A DNA stretch of 20,000 nucleotides from Microthyrium microscopicum (Eukaryota). Numbering within the stretch: position 1 is the stretch's first letter; the number at the start of each line of letters is the position of its first letter. The stretch is from positions 2,757,149-2,777,148 of the forward strand of contig MU004234.1 in the NCBI GenBank assembly GCA_010405405.1. The letters are read 5' to 3'. The notes under the pieces are model-generated. The model ran no database searches. It was not told the origin of the DNA and worked only from the letters and a program-made list of their open reading frames with translations. Shown one piece after another: positions 10,940 through 20,000 of the stretch. The position numbers and the translations under genes were made by a program.

Positions 10940-13321
10940 ACTTATTAATAAAACTATAAATCCTCTTAAAGAGTTTCCTCTCTTAGCGTCTTTAAGCCTT
11001 AATATAACTACTTATTCTTAATTATAGTCTATATTTCCTTAATACTAAGACGAAATAGTTCTAAGCTTTTCTTAAAGCTACTATATATTGGTTATTAACT
11101 ACTATTAAAATTAAGATCCTAAAGGCTTATTTATAAAAAAAGTAGTAGTAAATACGTAGAACTTTATATAAGCTACTATTTAAATCTTTTAATAAGAAAA
11201 GAATAAGCGCTAGCTATTATATATTAATTCTAATAAAGATAATAATCTCTTACTTTTTAATCTATTTACTTATAGCTAAGTAAACTAAAAGTTAATCTTA
11301 TTACCTATTTAGTATATACCTAGTAGTAAATTCTTATAACTAATTAAAACTATAGTATTTACTACGCTCTTAATAGAATTAGTTATTTTAGTAATACTTT
11401 TAGCTTTCTATAAGAATATATAAGAAGTAAAAGAAGAAAAAGTATTTAAAGGAATCTATCTTATTATATTAGTCTAGTTATAAGAAATATAGCTCTAAAA
11501 TAATAGTTATAAAAAGATCTCTCTAGCTTTCTAAAATAACTACTTAGTAGTTAATAATATAGTACGTATTATATTCTTTTAAGTCTTCTAAAGCCTTCTC
11601 TAAATATAAGCCTATAAAGATTTAAAAGTAGCTATACTAAAAAGTCCTTTAAACTTATTACTATTATTTCGTTATTAAGAACTTAATTCTACTACTAGAG
11701 TATTTAAAGATTACTATCTAATTTATAATACTTAAAAGCTAAAGTAAGAAGTTATATAGAAAGATTCTTAACTTCTATTTAATTAGATTTATACTACTTT
11801 AGCTATAAACTAAGCTATAGTAATATACTATTAATTTTACTATAATAAATTATAAAAGAGTAATATCTAAAATACTAAGTTTTTAAAAAAGATTTAAGAT
11901 TTTATAAATAAAGTAAATAACTTAAAAGGCTCTATAATTAACTATAAAGTAGAAGTAGATAAGTTTTTCTTAGAAGTTAAAGAACTTTAAATTAGTATAA
12001 TTAATTACTATAAACTTACTTTTAATTATTATTAACTATAGTATAATATCTAGATAGTAGAAAATTATACTACTTCTATAGAAGTAAAGTTAGTATATTA
12101 TATAAAATAATTCTAAGAATATTATAAGTAAATATAACTTTAAAATACTATTATTATAAATCTTAATATTAAGAATAAATCTTTTACTTAATGTTTTTAT
12201 ACTATAAAGTAGTAAATATAAGATCTTCTAATTTTTATAAAATCTTATAATATACTAGCTTTTATATATTTAAAAGATAAAGAAGATACTAAATTACTTA
12301 ATAATATATTATATTAACTTATAGCTACTTAATCTAACCTAGTATAAATATATTTTATATTATTTTTCTTAGAAGTAAGGTCTAACTCTTTAAATAATAC
12401 TATTCTATATATTAGTTAACTTTATTATATAGTTAAATAGTATAATAATAAAAATAAAAGTAAATATTATTAATAAAAGAATTAGGTATTAAACGTTCTA
12501 GAAGAAAATACTTAGTTTTACCTAACTAATAAAAAAAAGATTTAGTTTATTTATAATAACTTAGATAATTTAGTATAGTCTTTAATATTATATTACTTAG
12601 ACTATAACTCTATAAGTCTTTATCTTACTATTAATAATATATAGAAGAACCTAAATGCTTATAATAAAGTAATAAATAAATATAATATTATAAAGTAATA
12701 GCTCTATTTAGTAGACGCTAAGATAAAAACTATAGAAGACCTAATAGAATTCTTAGGCTACTTTTTAGAAAAGACTAAAGACGTAAACTTAAAGAATTAT
12801 AATAAAGTGACTAAACTATATTTACTTTTTTTAGAATAATTTATTTACTTTCTAATAAGACGTAATATTAAAACCTATTTAGAATTCTATATATATCTAT
12901 ATAATATAGAGTAAAACCTAAACTTCCTAAAGTAAAATAATAATAATAATTCTAATATTAATAACTCTAATAGTAGTAGCATTAATAATAATAACTTAAC
13001 TAATAATTTAAGGAATTAGAATAGAGACGTCTATAATAATAATAGTTAAAATAGTAATAAATATTTATACTATTCTAATAATTTTTTCTAGCCTTATAAG
13101 TATAAAATAAATATTCTAAGTATAGTAAAAAAGGCTATATCTTAGAATAAAAGGATACTCTTTATAAATAAAAGACTTACTTAATAGATAATAAAATTTA
13201 ACTAAAAGTTTTAGTAATACTTACTATTATTATAAACGTTTTATAGATAAAAATACTTAATATATACTTATATAAGTATTTAAACTAAATACTCTACTTT
13301 ACTAATATAAGGAAAAACTAA
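10940..13321 (+). pseudogene. gag: gag-like region of element C (start uncertain) with variant zinc knuckle
   Basis: YSKYSKKGYILE*KDTLY at 13112-13165 reverses to CSKCGKKGH-X8-C. That frame ends AGG AAA AAC TAA (13310-13321), and the downstream protease is in the -1 frame. Confidence 0.6.
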
Positions 13322-14896
13322 ACTTATAAAAAGTATATAATTAGTAAAAGAAATATAAATTAGGCTAAATTTAAAATAGGATTTAAGAACTAGAAGCTTA
13401 GTAAGCTAACTTAAATCTACTACTAGAAGTATATTATATTATTTAACTATTTATAGTAGTAATTAATTTAGAATAACTACTACTAAATAATATTAACTAT
13501 ATATCTTTTATAGAGCTATAATAGATAATAGTTAAAGGTATATTAATTCTAAAGGCTAACGTTTTTAAGAAATATAATATACTAATTAATACTAGTAGTA
13601 GTATACTTAAAATTATTTATACTTGCTTTATTAAATAGTATAATATACTAAAAATATAGTTTAATTAACTATATTTAATAAAGCTTATAAATAAGAAGAC
13701 TATTATTAAAATTAATAAAGCTATACTAGTTACTATATATATTAAGAGTTATATTAAATAAATATATTATTTTATTATAGAAATAGCTACTTATAATCTT
13801 ATTCTTAGTAATTCTTAGATCTAACTTTATAAAGTATACCTAAAAGAAGATAAGAAAACTATTATATTTAACTCTTATTATTATCTTTATAACTATATTT
13901 TAATATAGTACTTTATTAAAGTTAATACTTATAGTTAATATAATTTTATTATAAAACTTTTTAAAATAAAGAAGTAATAGTTATATCTATATATATTATA
14001 GTAATATTAGTAAAGTAAAAAGAATAGAAAGTAGAAGTTCTTTATTTTAAGGACTTTACTAAGCCTAAAGAAAAGAAACTACTAGATAGCTCTTTACTAA
14101 AGAGCTTTTTAATAAAAGAACTAGAACTATTTAATTTCTTAGAAATATTAGACCTAATCTTCTTTATAAATAACGTAGTAATTAATCTATTTACTATTTT
14201 AAAGTACGACTTTAAAAAGTAGTAAAAGAAATATAAATAACTTTATCTTACTTATAAAGAACTTTGTAAAATAATTCTAGAAGAGTTTTATTACTATTTT
14301 AAAGTCTTTAATTTATAGAAAGTAGATAAATTACTACTCTACTACCTAGGTTTTAATTATTTTATTAATCTTATACTAAATACTACTATACTTAAATAAT
14401 ATAGTACTAGTATAAATCTAAAATAAAATTTTGTTATTAAATAGTATTTAGAAAGTCTATTAAGAAAAAGCTTTATATATTCTTCTAAATTATACTTTAT
14501 AGTATTAATATTATACGTATATAAATCTAGAAAAAGTATTTAAGTCTATATTAATTATTAAGGTTTTAATAAAATCTCTTATAAAAATAAGAATATACTA
14601 TTACTACTTTTTAATACTTTAGTAAAGCTATATTAAGTATAGTACTATAATAAATTTAATATTATTATAGCTTATAAGTAAATATAAATTAAACTTAGAA
14701 ATAAGTATAAAATAGTATTTTCTATATAATATAGTCTTTATAAGTTTATTATTATATCTTTTAAATTAATAAGTACTCCTAGTACCTTTTAAGTATATAT
14801 TAACTATATCTTAATAAAGTATCTTAATAACTTTACTATAGTTTATATAAATAATATTCTTATTTTTAGTAAAATATATAAAGAATATATAATTTA

Positions 14897-15701
14897 TATT
14901 AGTAAAAGTTAAGCTCTACTAGTAGTTCTAGTAGGTATCTACTAAGACGTTAGTCTGTTAGTCTATATCTAATATATTAGGTTAACTTATTATCTAAGGA
15001 CTACTAGGACTACTAGGATGGGAGCTAGATTTTAGTAGGAGTTAATAGGGATCTTTAGCTTAGTAAGGAATATTAAAACTAATAATAAAATTCTCTAAGT
15101 CTAATCTTTCCTTCCTTATAGATTACTAGCTATCTAGCTAAATGTAGCTATTATTTTATTGCCTATACGTATAAATTATAGGTTTTATAAGTATTTTAAA
15201 AGAACTAGCTAAATCCGTTAAGGTTCTATAGAGTTAGTAAGAATAGAAGATATAAAACACTACTTAAACTTTAGATTATTAAGCTATACTTTTTATATTT
15301 AGGCTACACTTAGTAATAATGCTTTAATAATCTATAACCTATATATAATAATACTTGTCTTAACGAGCTCTATCTAATAGTGTTACTTATATTATTATAG
15401 ATAGCCTAATTAGGATATTATTATAAAAGTTATTTTTAGTAAAATGATAATTACTACATCTTGACGGCTATTAGGGCTAGGGTAATATAAATTACATAAT
15501 AACATAGCCCTAATCTAGGGCTATAAAACAGTATTTAAATTATACGCTAGGCCTTACTAGGAAATAAAATAATAATAGAAACGTTTTTAATCTAATAATA
15601 GTAGACTTATAGAACCTACTAGGACCTACTAGGACTTATAGAATTTCTTAGAACTACTAGGATATCTCCTCTTTCTAAGCTAAGCTTAACTTTTACTAAT
15701 A
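14897..15701. mobile_element. Non-autonomous TIR DNA element (MITE-like, 805 bp) with a 2-bp TA duplication
   Basis: Perfect 19-bp TIRs: TATTAGTAAAAGTTAAGCT (14897-14915) and AGCTTAACTTTTACTAATA (15683-15701). TA flanks both sides. Removing the element and one TA restores the RT frame KEYII-YIYLVLNKL. Confidence 0.88.
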
Positions 15702-16211
15702 TATATATACTTAGTACTTAATAAACTAGAGAAAGCTAGTCTATATCTTAATATCTATAAATTAGAGTTTATTACTATAGAAGTAAAATATCTAGAACTA
15801 ATTATTACTATAGAGAGTATTAAGATAAACCTAATAAAAATAAAATTAGTATTAGAATAAAAATAACTATTATATATAAAAGACGTTTAAGCTTTTCTTA
15901 GTTTTACTAACTTCTATTATTATTTTATATAAAGATACTTAGAAATTACTATACTTCTTATAGCTTTAATAAAAAAGGATATTATAACTATCTTTTTATA
16001 AAATATTAGAAGTCCTAAGGACTAGGCGTTTAATAAACTAAAAAAGGTATTTATAATAGTACTTATTTTAAAATACTTTAACTATACTAAGAAAACTTAG
16101 CTTAAAACTAATATATTAAACTAAATATATATAAAAGTATTATTTTAAAAAGATAATAATAAAGATCTATATCTTATAGTATTTCTATTAAAGAAGATAT
16201 CTCTAGCTAAG

Positions 16212-16241
16212 TATAACTATAATATTTATAACTATAATATT
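16212..16241 (+). repeat. 15-bp perfect tandem duplication in RNase H of C
   Basis: TATAACTATAATATT x2, in frame (YNYNI YNYNI YNKELL). Confidence 0.9.
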
Positions 16242-16422
16242 TATAATAAAGAGCTTCTTATAATTATATATACTTTTAAGAAATAGGAACTAGAGCTATT
16301 TTCTACTAATAATCTTATTAAAGTATTCTTTAACTATTAAAATCTATAAATATTTATAACTATTAAGAAGCTTTTATACTATTAAGTATACTAAATAGAA
16401 TTCTTATTATAGTTCTACTTTA

Positions 16423-16649
16423 TATAAGGATTCCTTACTAAAGTATAATAGCTTTAGTATTAAGCTAGATCTTAAACAAAGATCTAGCGGCGCTAGTCCT
16501 AATTGAGACTAGCGTCCCTAAGGATCTTCTAAGTATTACCTTTTTCTTTCCTTAGTATAAATTTTACTCTACCTCTCTCTCTTCCTTTATATACTAGATT
16601 ATTAAATATTATTTATTCTTTATTTAATTACGTATCTATTAGATCCTTA
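16423..16649 (+). repeat. Second C-family LTR, inserted into RNase H of C and lacking its last 2 nt
   Basis: Direct repeat of 10314-10541. It ends ATCCTTA and then switches to unrelated sequence. No PPT or integrase lies upstream. Confidence 0.9.
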
Positions 16650-17555
16650 ATATATGCTTAATATAATCGCTTACCTATTAAATAAACTTAAGGTATATTA
16701 TATATAGATATTAAGATTTATATTTACTAATTAAATTAAATATTCTTATTAAATTTAGTATGTCTTCTAATTCCCTAGAAAAAAATAATAAGTATATTTT
16801 TTTATATAAAAATACTTACTATTTTACGCTATATCTAGCTATAAAATTTTTATATTCTTAACTATTTATTTTATTCTTAAATATTAGTTTTAAACTTAAT
16901 ATATTCCTACTTTTAATAGAGTAGACTTTACTAGCTATACTTATAATACTTATAATAGCTACTTTACTATCTTTCTTACTACCTATAGCCTAGTTATTAT
17001 AGCGTTATAGCGTTATAGCTATTATAATATTAATATTATACTACCTTAAATTAATTTTATCTTTAGCCTTAAAATACTATTTACTATACTTATTTATTAT
17101 TATAGTAAAACTACTCTCTTCTTTCTTTATAAAATTATTCTTATAATTTATCTAAACTCTCTATACTACCCTAGTAGAATATCTTTAGTAATCTTATTTT
17201 TATAATTAAGACTATTTTATAAAATATATTAAGATTATATATATAACTTCTTAATATAATATTAATTATAAGAGGTATAAATAAGGTAGAAACTATTTAT
17301 AGTAAGAATAAGACTTAAAACGTATAGTACGACGTAAATATAAGATAAGTATTTCTATATAATAGTTTATTAAGTTTATAAAGAAAAAATATAAGAATAC
17401 TAAGTTTTTACTCTATATTTATCCTAATTTATAAATTACTTAGTAAATTTATAAAAAACTACCTATTAATAAGAGTAAAAATTCTTAACTATACTATAAT
17501 TTAATTAATTAATATATATTTAAAGATAATAAATAATAGAAATATATTAATAAAA
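16643..17555. repeat. Unidentified RIPped repeat, copy 1 (ends at the gap)
   Basis: Collinear with 17827-18739 at a constant offset of 1184 at both ends. Differences are mostly transitions. Confidence 0.9.
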
Positions 17556-17565
17556 NNNNNNNNNN
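17556..17565. other. Assembly gap (10 N, true size probably unknown)
   Basis: Run of N. Confidence 1.
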
Positions 17566-17826
17566 TTATAAGAATAGTTAGTATATTTTACTTAGTAATA
17601 ATTACTATATATAAGCTAGTATAGAATAAGGAAGTTACTATTAACTTTAATATAAGTAGTAAGATAGAATAAGTAATAAGATAGAATGCAAAATTAAGAT
17701 AAATAAAGCTATTTAGAATAATAAGGAACTTATCTATATCTTGTAAGTCTTTCCTAATATCTTAACTAATATACTTACTTTCCTATTAAGGTTATTATTC
17801 TACTATATACTACTAGTAAAGAACCT

Positions 17827-18739
17827 ATCCTTAATATATACTTAATATAATTGCTTACTTATTAAATAAACTTAAAGTATATTATATATAGATATTAAGA
17901 TTTATATTTACTAATTAAATTAAATATTCTTACTAAATTTAGTATGTCTTCTAGTTCTCTAGAAAAAAATAATAAGTATATTTTTTTATATAAAAATACT
18001 TACTATTTTGCGCTATATCTAGCTATAAAATTTTTATATTCTTAACTATCTATTTCGTCCTTAAATATTAGTTTTAAACTTAATATATTCCTACTTTTAA
18101 TAAGGTAGACTTTACTAGCTATACTTATAGTACTTATAATAGCTACTCTACTATCCTTTCTACTATTTATAGCTTAGTTATTATAACGTTATAGTATTAT
18201 AGCTATTATAGTATTAATATTACATTACCTTAAATTGTTCTTATCTTTAGCTTTAAAACGCTATTTACTATACTTATTTATTATTATAGTAAAACTACTC
18301 TCTTCTCTCTTTATAAAATTATCTCTATAATTTATCTAAACTCTCTATACTACTCTAATAAAATATCTTTAATAACCTTATTTTTATAATTAAGACTATT
18401 TTATAAAATATATTAAAATTATACACGTAACTTCTTAATATAATATTAACTATAAGAAATATAAATAAGGTAGAAACTATTTATAATAAGAATAAGACTT
18501 AAAACGTATAATATAATATAAATGCGAGATAGTTATTTCTATATAATAGTTTATTAAATTTATAAAGAAAGAATATAAAAATACTAAGTTTTTACTCTAT
18601 ATTTATCTTAATTTATAGATTATCTAGTAAATTTATAAAAAACTACCTACTAATAAAAGCGAAGATCCTTAACTATACTATAATTTAATTAATTAATATA
18701 CGTTTAAAGATAATAAATAATAAAAATATATTAATAAAA
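17827..18739. repeat. Unidentified RIPped repeat, copy 2 (probably continues to the right)
   Basis: Starts ATCCTTAATATATACTTAATATAATTGCTTAC, matching copy 1 ATCCTTAATATATGCTTAATATAATCGCTTAC. Confidence 0.9.
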
Positions 18740-19499
18740 GTCTTATATATAGCTCTTTAGTAAGTCTATTCTTAGTAACTTAAGTAGCATAGTTAGAATT
18801 AAACTATTATATTCTAGTATACTATAATTTTTAAGTTTATTTATTATAACCTTAAGATAAAGCTTAGTATATATCTTTACTACTATTAAGATTTTATTAA
18901 AACTTAGGAAATCTACGTAGTATATAAGTAGCTAAGTAAACTTAGCTAATAAGCTACTACTTTCTTAATTAGGAGAAATATTACTAATAAGTCTATTAAA
19001 TTAGTATTAAAATTATAAGAGGCTTATTAAGACATAGTATAAATAACTAATTTTAACTATATTAATATTACTTAAAGGTAGTTACTATATATAGACTAGT
19101 TATAGTATATAACCTAAATTATAATAACTAGCTATAATAGCAAAATAGCTATTATAATATATACTATTATTATTAATACTTTAATTACTTAAAGTATCTA
19201 AGGTAATAATAAGCATAGGTAAGTAATATATAAATTAATTCTTTCTTTTAATTATATTATAGACTAAGTAAGTACTAGGAGTTATATTATTTTCTAATAA
19301 GAAGACCTTAGTATTTAATATTATATATAATATAGTAAATAGTAGTAAAGGAGCTAGTATAATATATTAGCTAAAGTAATACTAAAAAAAGACTAATCTA
19401 TATAAAGATATAAAGTAGTAAAGTTTAAGTAAGTTAAAGAATTCTAGTAGATAAATAAAATAATAATAAAGTAAGTAGATATATAATAAAAAAGAAATA

Positions 19500-19680
19500 A
19501 AAGTAAAGATAAAGTAAAGATAGAGGTAAAGATAGAAGTTAAGGTAAAAATAAAGGTAAAGATAAAGATAGAGATAAAGGTAAAAGTAGAGATAGAGATA
19601 GAGATAGAGATAGAGATAGAAATAGAAATAGAAGTAGAAGTAGAAGTAAAAGTAAAAGTAAAAGTAAAAATAGAAGTAAA
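19500..19680 (+). repeat. Degenerate purine-rich hexamer microsatellite (RARRTA)n
   Basis: Runs of GAGATA, GAAATA, GAAGTA, AAAGTA and AAGGTA in 6-bp register. Confidence 0.9.
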
Positions 19681-20000
19681 AGGAAAGAAGCTAGAATCTA
19701 CTAGAATATTAATTAATAAGGAGTAAAAGTAAAGCTAATAATAGTATTAATTAGTAAGTAGAATAATACTACTAGCTAGAATATAAAATAGTTAAGAAAG
19801 CTAAATATAGAAATAACTAAGAATAATATAATAGCTTAAAAAAGTAAGTAAATAGATAGAGACCTTAACTTATAGAATAAATAAGAGTAAAATCGTTAAA
19901 GAAAAGTATTACTTAATAAGTAAAGTTACTAATAGTAGAATATATAGTCCTTAACCTTAACGTTAATACCTAGCCTAAAATATTTATATAAATATATTTA

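Larger units (their letters stand above)
10314..16422 (+). mobile_element. Ty3/gypsy element C, 5' part (LTR-PBS-gag-PR-RT-RH), heavily RIPped and interrupted twice
   Basis: An LTR is followed by gag, PR, RT and RH motifs. RH is broken at EFLL*FYF (16398-16421) by a second LTR, and no integrase is present. Confidence 0.88.
13322..16422 (+). pseudogene. pol: pol of element C (PR, RT, RNase H), interrupted at 14897-15701
   Basis: ILINTSSS at 13579 (LIDTG). YNLILSNS*I at 13792 (YDLILGNPW). ILEEFYYYFKVF...KLLLYYLGFNYFINL at 14274 (LPPHRPGFDHxIDL). VYINNILIFSK at 14841 (YxDD). VLNKLEKASLYLNIYKLEF...VKYLELII at 15714. RH LKTNILN and YNKELL. Confidence 0.92.

Noticed and set aside
15471..15483. Telomere-like TTAGGGCTAGGG
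   Set aside because: Only two degenerate units inside the TIR element; not an array.
1..16422. Alternative genetic code or stop-codon readthrough to explain in-frame TAA/TAG
   Set aside because: Stops fall at Gln/Trp/Arg positions together with D->N, G->S, H->Y and C->Y changes in catalytic motifs, all transitions. This is RIP decay.
10314..16649. Intact LTR-to-LTR retrotransposon
   Set aside because: No integrase, no PPT, no TSD, and RNase H is truncated at the second LTR.
16643..16660. piggyBac (TTAA) or Starship (TTAC) boundary
   Set aside because: The presumed target LTR end (CCTTACA/TCTTATA) has no TTAA, the junction reads CTTAA rather than CTTAC/T, and no transposase or tyrosine recombinase is recognisable.
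5003..20000. Organellar or AT-rich bacterial DNA, or a CRISPR array
   Set aside because: AT richness is explained by RIPped gypsy sequence. No RNA genes or repeat-spacer periodicity were seen.

Overview
This is a gene-free block of nested, RIP-mutated fungal (ascomycete-type) transposons. C->T and G->A transitions have removed most CpA/TpG, left an excess of TpA, and turned Trp/Gln/Arg codons into stops. No intact host gene was seen. Reading the motifs with RIP mentally reversed gives the following. (A) 1-5002 (-): a lightly RIPped Ty3/gypsy element with 5' LTR, gag, a -1 frameshift and PR-RT-RH-IN; it runs off the window. (B) 5003-8421 (+): the heavily RIPped 3' half of a chromovirus (RT-RH-IN-chromodomain, PPT, 3' LTR), with A inserted into its RT. 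(D) 8422-10313 (-): an RH-IN remnant cut on both sides by B and C. (C) 10314-16422 (+): a gypsy element with 5' LTR, a self-priming-type PBS, a long gag and PR-RT-RH. It is interrupted by an ~805-bp TIR element (14897-15701) and then by a second LTR of its own family (16423-16649). An unidentified repeat is present twice (16643-17555 and 17827-18739), and a hexamer microsatellite lies near the end. There are two assembly gaps. I see no convincing new biological system. The best leads are the unclassified TIR element, the unidentified repeat with a shared ATCCTTA junction, and the self-priming signals.
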